In this document: piece by piece, positions 27,581 to 37,870 of the stretch | How the letters are laid out: every line of letters begins with the position of its first letter | How positions within the stretch are numbered: position 1 is the stretch's first letter | Source of the DNA: Bacilli bacterium | Lineage (GTDB): Bacteria > Bacillota_I > Bacilli_A > RF39 > UBA660 | DNA length: 64,000 nt | Assembly: GCA_017409785.1 (NCBI GenBank) | Contig: JAFQSD010000004.1 | Coordinates: 130,910 to 194,909, forward strand | Direction: 5' to 3' | Notes under the pieces: model-generated | Database searches by the model: none | The model's input: the letters and a program-made list of their open reading frames with translations, nothing else | What the model was told of the DNA's origin: nothing | Translations under genes and position numbers: made by a program

Positions 27581-29653
27581 ATGACAGATTATATGACAGC
27601 CAATACGATAAACGATCTATTCAGAAGTTTATTCGCATTATTAGATAGAGCAGCATATATGATGCTTGGATGGATGTATGAAATCTTGTTCAATGTAGCA
27701 AGTGCAGACATTTTTGCCAATGATACAGTTCAAAAATTTTATGGACGTATACAAATGATCATTGGTGTATTCATGCTATTCAAATTAGCTGTTTCAATTA
27801 TTCAAGGTATAATTAATCCTGATACTTTTACAGATAAAAAGTCAGGATTTTCGCACATAATTTCAAGAGTAGTTTTTGCTTTAATAATGTTAACCGTGTT
27901 AACTCCAATTAATATTCCAGGAGCAAGAAGTAGTTATGAAATTAATCTTAACAATAACGGATTATTATTCGGAACATTATATGAATTACAAGATAGAATT
28001 TTAGAAAATAATACATTAGGTAGATTAATATTAGGTACAAATGATGGAACTACTGGAAGTGGTAGTGGTGGTACAAATACAGCGCTAACGCAAGCTGAAA
28101 AGTTAAAAAAATCATCTAATATGTTTACCGCAACTATTCTTAAAGGATTCATTAGAATCAATATGAAAGAGTCTGGCGGAATGGATGAAACAAATCCAGA
28201 TGATAGAGTTTGTGACTATATTGATCAAGAAGTACTTGATGTATATGCAGATTTAGAAACAAGTCCAAATCAATTATTATCATTAGTTAATGCTAGCTGT
28301 GAATATCAAGGAAATGATGGATTCTTCGATACAATGGCAGCATTCTTTACAAGATTATTTACAGGTGATAGATACGTATTTGCATATATGCCAATTATCT
28401 CAACAATTGTAGCAGCCGTATTTATCTATATTTTACTAGGAGAAATAATTACAATTGCAATTCGTTCAATAAAACTTGCAGTATTAAGACTTTTAGCACC
28501 AATCCCAATTATTAGTTATATTGATCCAAAATCAGAAAAAGATGGTGCATTTGCTTCATGGACTAAATCATTAACATCAACTTATTTAGAATTATTTATC
28601 CATTTAGCAGTAATTTATTTCGTAATATTCTTAATCCAAGACATGATTGTTAATGGATTAGTAATCAATACAGGAACAGGTGTTATTGGAGTAATATCAT
28701 GTATCTTCATCTGGATAGGATTATTCTTCTTCGTAAAACAAGCACCTAAGTTCATTAAAGATATCCTTGGAGTAAAAGGTGGAAGTTCAAATGTTGGACT
28801 TGCCGGATTACTTGGAGGAACAGCAATGCTTGCTGGCGGTGGAGGAATGTCAGGATTTGCTCTTGGAGCAATGCAAGGTTTCGATGCTGCAGTACAAGGT
28901 AATAATCAAGGAAAAGCAGCACCACTTGGTGCAATTTGGACACAAAATAGCAATAAAATGGCCCAAATCAGAACTGGAGACAAAGATGCTCAAGGTGGAT
29001 TATGGGGACAAGCAATGGACCGTTTCAACTACGATACACGTGAAGCTCAAGCTAGAAGACTTGGAATCGGTTCAAACGATGTTGCCGATGCTAAATACAT
29101 TAAAGATCAACGTGAAGCTGAAGCAAATAATGCTAAACGTAACCTAGACTTTGCTGCACGTGAAGTAGAATATGCAAAAGCTGAAATGGAAGCTGCAAGA
29201 TACGAACTTGATAGAACAGCTGAAGGTTCAACAGAACGTACATCTGCAGAAGCTAGATATAGAGCTGCTCAATCTAGATATGCAGATGCTCAGACAGGAT
29301 ATACAACAGCATATACACAAAACGAAGCATACCAAGAAGCATATGGAAAAGCTTCATCTGCATACGAAAAAATGGATAAAGACAGAGCTCAAATGGGTGT
29401 TGGTCCACGTATCAGTGATAAACGTGGAGATCGTGCAACTTATAGATCACCACATAAAGCAGATGGTACATACACTCCATACACAGCTGATGAAACAGGA
29501 AGAAATGCACCAAGAAGTGAAGATGATATTAAAGGAACAATTACAGGACATAGTAATGACCTTAAAAACTTCAGTGGTACAACAGATGACTCTGGTATCG
29601 GTTCTATGGGTGGAGGAGCCCGTGGTGGTGGACCAGGACCAGGACGTCCATAA
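27581..29653 (+). CDS. VirB6/TrbL-like polytopic T4SS channel protein with a long hydrophilic C-terminal tail.
   Basis: At least 6 TM segments with large loops (TcpH/ConG-like). The C-terminal ~250 aa are A/Q/R/Y/E-rich coiled coil ending in GGGARGGGPGPGRP. Confidence 0.55.
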   Translation: MTDYMTANTINDLFRSLFALLDRAAYMMLGWMYEILFNVASADIFANDTVQKFYGRIQMIIGVFMLFKLAVSIIQGIINPDTFTDKKSGFSHIISRVVFALIMLTVLTPINIPGARSSYEINLNNNGLLFGTLYELQDRILENNTLGRLILGTNDGTTGSGSGGTNTALTQAEKLKKSSNMFTATILKGFIRINMKESGGMDETNPDDRVCDYIDQEVLDVYADLETSPNQLLSLVNASCEYQGNDGFFDTMAAFFTRLFTGDRYVFAYMPIISTIVAAVFIYILLGEIITIAIRSIKLAVLRLLAPIPIISYIDPKSEKDGAFASWTKSLTSTYLELFIHLAVIYFVIFLIQDMIVNGLVINTGTGVIGVISCIFIWIGLFFFVKQAPKFIKDILGVKGGSSNVGLAGLLGGTAMLAGGGGMSGFALGAMQGFDAAVQGNNQGKAAPLGAIWTQNSNKMAQIRTGDKDAQGGLWGQAMDRFNYDTREAQARRLGIGSNDVADAKYIKDQREAEANNAKRNLDFAAREVEYAKAEMEAARYELDRTAEGSTERTSAEARYRAAQSRYADAQTGYTTAYTQNEAYQEAYGKASSAYEKMDKDRAQMGVGPRISDKRGDRATYRSPHKADGTYTPYTADETGRNAPRSEDDIKGTITGHSNDLKNFSGTTDDSGIGSMGGGARGGGPGPGRP

Positions 29654-29676
29654 TATAAAGAGGAGTGTGATACATA

Positions 29677-30003
29677 GTGCGTAACTATTTAATTCCTGCA
29701 AACACAAAAAGAGGGAAATTAATACTAGGAATGTTTAAACCGTTTGATTTAGTGTTATTTGGAACAGGAATTCTTATTACATTTATATTTCTAGCATTCA
29801 TGCCGCTAAGCTCAACACTTGTAACAATACTTGTGTTGAGCCCAGCGCTTGTTACTGGATTCTTAGTTTTACCTGTACCTTATTATCACAACATACTAAA
29901 TATCCTAATTGAAATGTATGAATTTATAACAACAAATCAAACATATAGATGGAAAGGTTGGTGTTTTAGAAGTGGCGAAAAAGTCATCAAAAAACGTAAG
30001 TAG
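29677..30003 (+). CDS. Small 2-TM membrane protein (VirB3-like candidate).
   Basis: GTG start with AAGAGGAG RBS. 108 aa with two hydrophobic helices, immediately upstream of the VirB4 ORFs. Its 3' end overlaps ORF 29972 by 32 nt. Confidence 0.35.
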   Translation: MRNYLIPANTKRGKLILGMFKPFDLVLFGTGILITFIFLAFMPLSSTLVTILVLSPALVTGFLVLPVPYYHNILNILIEMYEFITTNQTYRWKGWCFRSGEKVIKKRK

Positions 30004-30532
30004 TGGTTATACTGAAGATTGGCTACCAGTCCGTGGTATTCAAAATAACATGATAATTACTAGAGATAATTACAAAGTAACAGGAGTTAAAATATCTCCA
30101 AAAAATATTTTTATCTTGGACCCAATTGCTCAAGATAATATGTTAATAAGTTTAAAGAATTTTTATAACACAATTGATTTTGAATTCTGGCTAGTAGTTG
30201 CTGATAGACCGGTAGACATCTCTGTATATCTATCACAAATGCAATTACTATATAATGAAGCACATACACCAGCAATTAGAAAATTAATTATGCAAGATAT
30301 TAATAAAGGACATACTTTTATCAATAATAGTATTGTTGATACTGAATATTATTTCTTATTCAAGTCAAAAGACCCTGATCTTTTAGCCAAAAGAGTAAGA
30401 ATGATGATTAATGGTCTTGCATCATGCGGATTAGCTGCTGCTCAAGCAAGTAATTCGGATTTAAGAATAGTATTAGATAACTTCCTAAACGGAGGAAGTA
30501 CAACAGAGTTTGGGGTGGTGATGCCAGTATGA
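29972..30532 (+). CDS. VirB4 N-terminal domain-like protein (a separate ORF coupled to the VirB4 ATPase).
   Basis: 186 aa, GTG start. Its stop overlaps the ATG of the VirB4 ATPase (ATGA at 30529-30532). Hydrophilic, with no TM segment. Confidence 0.4.
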   Translation: MAKKSSKNVSSGYTEDWLPVRGIQNNMIITRDNYKVTGVKISPKNIFILDPIAQDNMLISLKNFYNTIDFEFWLVVADRPVDISVYLSQMQLLYNEAHTPAIRKLIMQDINKGHTFINNSIVDTEYYFLFKSKDPDLLAKRVRMMINGLASCGLAAAQASNSDLRIVLDNFLNGGSTTEFGVVMPV

Positions 30533-32319
30533 GTACCGGATTAAGAAGTCAATTAGCTCCAAAAGGGCTACATTTCTCACCAAGTGAGTTTTTCATAAGT
30601 GATAAGTATGCAACTATTTTAACAGTTGTATCATTTCCAAAATACATAACACCAGGTTATTTATCATCATTAACAAATATGGCAGGAATTAAAATTGTTA
30701 TTAAACATATTCCTGTTCCATATCAAGATATGGTTAAGATGTTAAATAAAGAAGTAGCAGATTTAAAAGAAAAATATCGTAATGAAAGAGACCAAACTAT
30801 TCGTGAAAGATTAAGACAAGATGCAGAAAGTTTGGAATACTTCACATCAATGATTGCAGGAAGTCAAGCAAGAAACTTCGATTTCCAAATGCATATCATG
30901 ATTGCTGCAAATACAAAAGAAGAATTAGAATTAAAGAAAATGAATGTTAAAAACTACTTAGATGCAATGGAATTAAGAGCAATTTCCCTACGTTTTGAAC
31001 AAGAAAAAGTTCTTAAATCAATGTTACCAATTTTCCCTGCTCAAGATATTGAACAAAGAATTGGAACACCAATTCCATCAGTAACAGTAGCAGCAATGTA
31101 TCCATTTATTTTCGATAGTATTAAAGACCCAGGATTATCAACACTACTTGGAGTTGATTTCTCTGGAGGAGTAATTCTATTTAATCAATTCTTATATAAA
31201 ATAAGAAAAGAACATAATAGAAATAATGCTAATATGATTATCTTAGGAACATCTGGTTCCGGAAAATCAACAGCAGCAAAATTATTACTAAGAACACATA
31301 TTAGAAATGGATGTCAAATTGTTATTATCGACCCAGAAGATGAATTTAGAGAAATTACTAGATCATTTGGTGGAGATACAGTAGATATTGGTAAAGGTGG
31401 AGAATTTGGTTTAATCAACCCACTAGAAGTAATCTTCGATGCTGATGAAGAAGAAATTAAACAAGGTATGGGATACACAGTATTAAATAGAACATTAAAC
31501 TTCTTAAAAGGTTTTATGAAATACTATAATCCATCAATTGCACAAGATGTTTTAGCAATGTTTAGTGATGTAGTTCAAGATACATATAAACGTTTTGGAA
31601 TTGACTTTGAAACAGATTTCTCAAACTTCACATCAAAAGATTTCCCAGTTTTCTCAGATGTTTATGCAACAATCAAAGGAAGACTACTTTCTATGACAGA
31701 TCAAACTAAAGAAAGAGATATCATGGAAAGACTTGAATTAGAAGTAAGACCAATCGTTAAAGAATTAAGATTCTACTTCGATGGTCATACAACATTACCA
31801 AGAGATAGTGATTTCATGGTATTTAATATTAAAGAATTAATGAATAGTGATGCAAATATTAGAAATGCCTTATTATTCAACGTCTTAAAATATGCTTGGG
31901 GAATGTGTTTAGACCCAAGTGTAGATACAGTATTATTAGTTGATGAAGCACACGTATTAATGAGTAGCAGAAACCAACAAGGTTCAGAATTCTTAGCTCA
32001 AGTACAAAGACGTGCTCGTAAATATAACACAGGAACTATTATTATTACTCAACAACCAAGTGACTTCGCTGATGAGGCTGTAATCACTGATGGTAAAGCA
32101 ATTTTCGATAATGCTTCTTACTATCTAGTAATGGGATTAAAGAAACAAGCAGTTGAAGATTTATCAAGATTAATAGACCTAAATGAAAATGAAAAAGAAA
32201 GTATCAAACGTTATTCTCAAGGAGAAGCACTATTCGTTTGTGGAAGCAGACGTATGAGAATTAACGTAGTAGTTACAAAAGAAGAATTAGATTCATTCGG
32301 CTCAGGCGGAGGATTCTAA
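30529..32319 (+). CDS. virB4: VirB4/TrbE/CagE-family T4SS ATPase (Gram-positive ConE/TcpF/PrgJ-like).
   Basis: Walker A motif MIILGTSGSGKST and Walker B motif VLLVDEAHVLM. N-terminal YATILTVVSFPKYITPGYLSSL. Confidence 0.8.
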   Translation: MSTGLRSQLAPKGLHFSPSEFFISDKYATILTVVSFPKYITPGYLSSLTNMAGIKIVIKHIPVPYQDMVKMLNKEVADLKEKYRNERDQTIRERLRQDAESLEYFTSMIAGSQARNFDFQMHIMIAANTKEELELKKMNVKNYLDAMELRAISLRFEQEKVLKSMLPIFPAQDIEQRIGTPIPSVTVAAMYPFIFDSIKDPGLSTLLGVDFSGGVILFNQFLYKIRKEHNRNNANMIILGTSGSGKSTAAKLLLRTHIRNGCQIVIIDPEDEFREITRSFGGDTVDIGKGGEFGLINPLEVIFDADEEEIKQGMGYTVLNRTLNFLKGFMKYYNPSIAQDVLAMFSDVVQDTYKRFGIDFETDFSNFTSKDFPVFSDVYATIKGRLLSMTDQTKERDIMERLELEVRPIVKELRFYFDGHTTLPRDSDFMVFNIKELMNSDANIRNALLFNVLKYAWGMCLDPSVDTVLLVDEAHVLMSSRNQQGSEFLAQVQRRARKYNTGTIIITQQPSDFADEAVITDGKAIFDNASYYLVMGLKKQAVEDLSRLIDLNENEKESIKRYSQGEALFVCGSRRMRINVVVTKEELDSFGSGGGF

Positions 32320-32346
32320 AATATAAAGTAGTAAGGTGGTGGAAGC

Positions 32347-34668
32347 ATGGCATACGAAGCAAATAGAGAAGGCGACCAAAGAGAAAACCAAATGTCTCAA
32401 GATGAACGCAACATTCAAAATAATGCAAACAACATAAGAAACGCAGCTGATGTTGCCATGGCTTCCGGTAACCCTTATGCAATGGCTGCAGGAGCAGCAG
32501 TAAAAGCTGCAGATAAACTTACAGGTGGGAAAAGTACTGAAATGGCAGGAAAAGCCCTAAATCAAGCAAATAAAATGGCTCCAGGAGGAAATCAAGTACA
32601 AAACTCATTAAATAAAATGAGCGAAAGTGGAGCAAGTGATAAAATCGGACAAGCAGCAGCCATAAAAAACGGAATGAGTAATGGTGGATCTGGAGGTGCA
32701 GATGCTGCTTCAAAAGCTGGAGAAACAGCAAATCCTACAGATAAAGCATCTTCAACTTCAAGTTCATCATCTGATTCATCAGGTGACGGATTAGGTAAAG
32801 GCTTTGGTGGTGGAAGAAAACCAAAAAATTGGTTAGATGATGGCTCTGATGAAAATAATGAGCCACAAGAGCCAACAGATACAATGTTTGAATTCCAAAT
32901 GAAACCAGAAACTAAAGCAATTATGTTGCTAGTTGCACCATTAGCAGGAATATTACTATTATTCTTTGCGATATCTGGTGCTGTAGGTGGAGGAGTTGCA
33001 GACTTCAATGATGCTCTAGGAGCAAGTGGAGCATCAGGTGGAGAAACAGGAAACATTGTATTCACAGCATCAGACCCTGATGCCCAAGCATTCTACGAAA
33101 GAATTAATAATGTAAAATTAAATATGCAAGCTAGTGGTAAAAGCGTAGACGTATTAAAAGTCGTAGCTGTTTACCACGTATTAAACGTAAATAATAATAA
33201 TTATGATTATAAATATATGACAGAGTCAGTTATCACAGATATTGCCAATGCAATGTTTAGTGGTAATGTCTATGATGAAACAACATTCAAGTTTAATTTA
33301 ACTAATGACATTTTCTATAAGCACTTCCCAAGAACAACTCAAAGTAAACGTGAATTAATGACTGAAGATGTATTTGATTATATTGATAGATATTACAGTT
33401 TCATTGGTACCGAAGGTTATGGTTGTGCTGCAGCTGGAGCATGTAATTACGATATTAAAGGTTTTTATATACCAGGCGCTGGAAATATCTCTAAACAAAT
33501 GCAAATATCAAATTTAATGGTTAGATTAATGGAATGTGGAAGTCCATATGGAAATGGAACATATGGAACACCAATTGACCAAGATATGGTTCCATTCGAA
33601 GAGTATGTAGCAGGAGTTGCATACGCAGAAGTTGGTCCAAGTGCTCACATTGAAGTACTAAAAGCCCAAATGGTTATGGCAAGAAGCTTTGCTCTTGCAA
33701 GACCAACAGGAATGGGAAATGCTCTTGGTAAAAAACTAGAACAAGAAAATAATCAATGGGTATTACAAATTTCATCATGCGTAGCCGACCAAGTATTCTG
33801 TAACATCAATGAAGGTTGTTCTTTCATGGGTGGTGGAGATGGTCAGGGTGGAATATGTCGAAGTGGACACGTTGCAGGAGCAGTAAGAACAAGAGATGCT
33901 TTAGCAGCGGACCATCAATTACGTACAGCAATGGCTGCAACAGCCGGAGAAGTATTAGTAAATGATCAAGGATATATTATCCAAACAGGCTATTTATCAA
34001 CAGAACAAAATCTTATGTCAAGCCTTGCTAATCAAGGAATGAATTATAAACAAATTCTGTTACAAGTATATAACTCAGGAAACAGAAATTATGGTGCAGC
34101 AGATATTCAAAAAATGGCTTGTAATACAGCAGGTTCTGCAAACTGTGGAACAGCATCATCTGGACCATACGCAAGTTGGAAACAATATGAAGGTCCATGG
34201 ACAAATGTAATCTTAGGTAATAGTGGAAAAACAATTAGACAAATCGGATGTTTAGCAACATCAGTTTCAATATTAATTGCTAAGAGTGGAGTTCCAACTG
34301 TCTTAGGAGATAACTTCAACCCAGGTACATTCGTTGAATATCTAAGTCAAAATGGTGGATTTGTAAGTGGAGGAAACTTCGTATGGGCATCAGCCTCAAA
34401 AGTAGCACCATCATTCCAATTCGTTGGACGAGCTTACGTTTCAGGATATACTAAAAATCAAAAATTACAAAAACTTACAGAACTAATGAATCAAGGATAT
34501 TATGTAGTTGCAGAAGTAAAAGGTAATACTGGACAACACTGGGTAGCAATAGATGCCATCGCTGGACAAACAATCATTATGATGGACCCTGGAAGTAGTA
34601 GCACAGATATGTGGGCTCAATATGATTGGAGAAATACAAGTACTTTTGCATACTTTAAAGCGGGGTAA
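32347..34668 (+). CDS. Cell-wall hydrolase (VirB1 analog): a disordered G/S/A-rich N-terminus, a TM segment, a SpoIID/LytB-like domain, and a C-terminal CHAP-like Cys/His peptidase domain.
   Basis: EEYVAGVAYAEVGPSAHIEVLKAQMVMARSFALAR matches the SpoIID motif. The C-terminus has RQIGCLATSVSILIAKSG and GQHWVAIDAI (CHAP-like Cys and His). TM segment AIMLLVAPLAGILLLFFAISGAV. Confidence 0.55.
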   Translation: MAYEANREGDQRENQMSQDERNIQNNANNIRNAADVAMASGNPYAMAAGAAVKAADKLTGGKSTEMAGKALNQANKMAPGGNQVQNSLNKMSESGASDKIGQAAAIKNGMSNGGSGGADAASKAGETANPTDKASSTSSSSSDSSGDGLGKGFGGGRKPKNWLDDGSDENNEPQEPTDTMFEFQMKPETKAIMLLVAPLAGILLLFFAISGAVGGGVADFNDALGASGASGGETGNIVFTASDPDAQAFYERINNVKLNMQASGKSVDVLKVVAVYHVLNVNNNNYDYKYMTESVITDIANAMFSGNVYDETTFKFNLTNDIFYKHFPRTTQSKRELMTEDVFDYIDRYYSFIGTEGYGCAAAGACNYDIKGFYIPGAGNISKQMQISNLMVRLMECGSPYGNGTYGTPIDQDMVPFEEYVAGVAYAEVGPSAHIEVLKAQMVMARSFALARPTGMGNALGKKLEQENNQWVLQISSCVADQVFCNINEGCSFMGGGDGQGGICRSGHVAGAVRTRDALAADHQLRTAMAATAGEVLVNDQGYIIQTGYLSTEQNLMSSLANQGMNYKQILLQVYNSGNRNYGAADIQKMACNTAGSANCGTASSGPYASWKQYEGPWTNVILGNSGKTIRQIGCLATSVSILIAKSGVPTVLGDNFNPGTFVEYLSQNGGFVSGGNFVWASASKVAPSFQFVGRAYVSGYTKNQKLQKLTELMNQGYYVVAEVKGNTGQHWVAIDAIAGQTIIMMDPGSSSTDMWAQYDWRNTSTFAYFKAG

Positions 34669-34672
34669 TTAA

Positions 34673-35452
34673 ATGAAAAAGAAAAAAAGATATATTGTGA
34701 TATTAGCAGTTTTAGCAATTTATGTAGTAATAATGCTTCTAGTCCTTGGAAAAGATATGCTAGTAAAAAATAAAGATGAAGCAACAATTGTTGTTGGAGA
34801 TACATCAATATGGGTATATAAAGACAAGGGCTGGACAAACATTACTAATCCACAAACGATAGCCTCACTTAATTGGACTGAATATAATGTATATTTAGAT
34901 AACCAAGAATATGGAAAATATTATTTATGGAATGATGACAAATGGTATTTATTTGATAAAAATAAAAAAGCCATTCCAAGAGAAGGTACATTATTAGCAA
35001 TAAAGTCAAATTATGATATAAAAGTAAAAAATTTCACTCCGAAAAACATAAGAAATTACTATCATGTAGAAAAAGTGCTTGAACAAAATAATTTAAGTAC
35101 ATCATCTAAATATACCGTTGAACAAGAAGTATCAATAGATATAGATAATGATGGAAATAATGAAACATTTTATTTTGTAAGTAATGCCTTTTCATTAGAT
35201 TATAATCCAAGTAAAATATTCTCAATTGTATTTATGGTAAAGAATAGTAAGATTTATCCAATATATACAGATATAGCACCAAACACAACAAATAATGGGT
35301 GCAAGCCATACTTAAGTGCAGTGCTTGATGTTGATCAAGATAACATCTATGAGATGGTTATAAGTTGTGGAAAATATTCAACAGAAACACCATCAGACAT
35401 GTTATACAAACTAACAGATGATGGTTTCAAAATTGTGATTTCAAATCAATAA
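34673..35452 (+). CDS. Bitopic membrane protein (VirB8/TcpC-like candidate) of unknown function.
   Basis: N-terminal TM segment MKKKKRYIVILAVLAIYVVIMLLVLG followed by an extracytoplasmic beta-rich domain. Located between the hydrolase and the coupling protein. Confidence 0.3.
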   Translation: MKKKKRYIVILAVLAIYVVIMLLVLGKDMLVKNKDEATIVVGDTSIWVYKDKGWTNITNPQTIASLNWTEYNVYLDNQEYGKYYLWNDDKWYLFDKNKKAIPREGTLLAIKSNYDIKVKNFTPKNIRNYYHVEKVLEQNNLSTSSKYTVEQEVSIDIDNDGNNETFYFVSNAFSLDYNPSKIFSIVFMVKNSKIYPIYTDIAPNTTNNGCKPYLSAVLDVDQDNIYEMVISCGKYSTETPSDMLYKLTDDGFKIVISNQ

Positions 35453-35513
35453 ATAATGACAGTTATAAAAAGTTAAGTTATAATAAAAAAGAAAAAAGAA
35501 AGGAAGTAGTAAT

Positions 35514-37853
35514 ATGAAACTTAAATTTCGTGCAGACCCAGAAGATTGGATGATATTTGGTATATTTGCAGTTGCATTATTGTACGTTATTGCAATTGGT
35601 GTAGTAAATCTAGCATCATTCGCATCAGATGGAACCTTATCAGGGTTAAATCCTTTTCCTGCGTTTAGCACAGAACATATAACAACAACATTAGTATTAT
35701 ATTTCTTAACACTTGGTGGTCTATTCGTAAGTGTTAGTTCATACTTTTTTGAAAGAGAAAAAGGTTTTGGTCTAACAGCCGATAAAAAAGACAAAGGATA
35801 TTCAAGATGGGCTAAAGATAAAGAAATCAAAGAAGAATTAAAATGTGTTAAAATTCAACAAAAAAATTCTAAAGCCGCAGGTATTCCAATTATCTTGAAT
35901 AAAGAAGAAATGTGGGTAGACGACAGTGAATACCACTCATTAGTAATCGGAGCTACTGGGTCAGGTAAAACACAAGGTATTGTATTCCCACAAGTTAATA
36001 GTTTAGCTAAAGCTAGAGAGTCAATGATTATTACCGACCCTAAAGGTGAAATCTATGAACAAACAAGTTTAATGTTACGAAAAAGAGGATATCAAATCTT
36101 ACTTTTAAACTTCCGTGATCCACAAAACGGTAATGCATGGAATCCATTATCATTACCTTATAAAATGTACAAATCAGGAAATCAAGATAAAGCAATCGAG
36201 TTATTAGACGACTTAGCATTGAACATTCTATATGATGATTCAAATAAAAATGCTGACCCATTCTGGGAGAAAACATCAGCAGACTACTTTTCTGGAGTAG
36301 CTCTAGGATTGTTTGAAGATGCTAAAGAATCAGAAATTAATATTAATAGTATTTCCTTAGCAACAACAGTTGGTGAAGAAAAATTTGGTGGTTCAACATA
36401 CATCAAAGAATACTTTGCAGCTAAAGACCAATCAAGTGCAGCTGCAATCAATGCATCAAGTACAATCATGGCACCATCAGAAACAAAAGGAAGTATCCTT
36501 TCAGTATTTAAACAAAAAGTTAAATTATTCGCATCACGTGAAAATTTAAGTGAAATGTTATCACATAGTGATATCGATTTAGAGAGTATTGGTGCAAGAC
36601 CAACTGCCGTATTCATCGTTATTCAAGATGAAAAGAAAACATATCACTCATTAGTAACAATTTTATTAAAGCAAATATATGAAACACTAATTTCTACAGC
36701 ACAAAAGAATGGTGGAAAACTACCAGTAAGAACTAACTTCATTCTAGATGAGTTTGCCAACATGCCACCATTAAAAGATGTTACAACAATGATTACTGCC
36801 GCACGTTCACGTAGAATTAGATTTACAATGATTATTCAAAACTTTGCACAATTAGATGGTACATATGGTAAAGATGATGCCGAAACAATCAGAGGTAACT
36901 GTGGTAACATAATTTACCTAATTACAACAGAACTTAAAGCCTTAGAAGAAATTTCAAAAATGTGTGGTGAAGTAAAATCTAAGAAAGATGATAAAACTGC
37001 CTCAACACCACTTGTTACAGTATCAGACTTACAACGTATGAAACAATATGAAACAGTAATATTAAGAATGCGTAAACAACCATTCAAAACAAAACTTACA
37101 CCAAACTGGCAATTAGATTGGGGAATAAAATATCCTAATGCCAAGTATCCAATACGTAAGAAAGTAGAAGTTGATACTTTTGATATTAAAGAGTTTGTTA
37201 AAGATCAAAAGAAGAAAAAGTTATTAGAAATGATGAATGGATCAGATGATGCTAAAAAAGAGGTTATGTCTAAACTACCTCCAGCAGATTTCATGAAAAA
37301 AGATCCACTTCCATTTGATAAACCTGCAGAAGCAGCAAGAATTCCTGACTTCTTAACAAGAGGGCCTATCGAACCAGAAGAAAGAAAAGTTATGGGTGGC
37401 GGAAGAGTATCTGCTCCAGCAAGACCACCAGTTTATGAAGAACCAATATCTAAACCACCAGTTGATGATGATTTGGGATTTGATGTAGACGAGTTAGTAA
37501 AGAAAATTGATGCTAAAATTGCTGAACTTGAAGAAGAAGAAAGACGCAATAAAGCAGGAGCAACTGCAACACCAGCAACTAAGCCACAACCAATTATCAA
37601 TAAGCCAGTTGCAGTACCTAAACAACAACCATTACCAACAGAGACACCAAGTTCTGATGGTGGCGCAGTTTCAAGTATTGATGAATTCTTAAGTAAAGCA
37701 CCAGTAGCTGAAACAACAATGCCAAAGATTAAACCTTTAGAAGAAAAAGTAGTCGAACCAATTAATAGTGTTGTCAAACCTAAAGACAACTTATCATTAT
37801 CAGATGAAGAAAATGATGATGATGATTTCTTTGATGACTTTTTTGATAATTAA
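35514..37853 (+). CDS. virD4: VirD4/TraG-family type IV coupling protein with a long disordered acidic C-terminal tail.
   Basis: Two N-terminal TM segments. Walker A motif VIGATGSGKTQG and Walker B motif NFILDEFANMPP. The C-terminal ~250 aa are P/A/K/E-rich and end in EENDDDDFFDDFFDN. Confidence 0.75.
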   Translation: MKLKFRADPEDWMIFGIFAVALLYVIAIGVVNLASFASDGTLSGLNPFPAFSTEHITTTLVLYFLTLGGLFVSVSSYFFEREKGFGLTADKKDKGYSRWAKDKEIKEELKCVKIQQKNSKAAGIPIILNKEEMWVDDSEYHSLVIGATGSGKTQGIVFPQVNSLAKARESMIITDPKGEIYEQTSLMLRKRGYQILLLNFRDPQNGNAWNPLSLPYKMYKSGNQDKAIELLDDLALNILYDDSNKNADPFWEKTSADYFSGVALGLFEDAKESEININSISLATTVGEEKFGGSTYIKEYFAAKDQSSAAAINASSTIMAPSETKGSILSVFKQKVKLFASRENLSEMLSHSDIDLESIGARPTAVFIVIQDEKKTYHSLVTILLKQIYETLISTAQKNGGKLPVRTNFILDEFANMPPLKDVTTMITAARSRRIRFTMIIQNFAQLDGTYGKDDAETIRGNCGNIIYLITTELKALEEISKMCGEVKSKKDDKTASTPLVTVSDLQRMKQYETVILRMRKQPFKTKLTPNWQLDWGIKYPNAKYPIRKKVEVDTFDIKEFVKDQKKKKLLEMMNGSDDAKKEVMSKLPPADFMKKDPLPFDKPAEAARIPDFLTRGPIEPEERKVMGGGRVSAPARPPVYEEPISKPPVDDDLGFDVDELVKKIDAKIAELEEEERRNKAGATATPATKPQPIINKPVAVPKQQPLPTETPSSDGGAVSSIDEFLSKAPVAETTMPKIKPLEEKVVEPINSVVKPKDNLSLSDEENDDDDFFDDFFDN

Positions 37854-37870
37854 TAGAAGGAGATTTGCTT

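Noticed and set aside
28779-29684. Two plus-strand alternative-frame ORFs (28779-29147 and 29172-29684) inside the VirB6-like gene.
   Set aside because: They overlap the long 27581-29653 frame, which has a coherent TM-protein translation. The alternative frames are His/Gln/Leu-rich with no start signals.
32592-33065. 157-aa minus-strand ORF.
   Set aside because: Antisense to the G/S/A-rich low-complexity region of the hydrolase gene, an artefact of repetitive codons.
37433-37789. 118-aa minus-strand ORF and 61-aa plus-strand alt-frame ORF.
   Set aside because: Both lie within the low-complexity C-terminal tail of the VirD4 gene.
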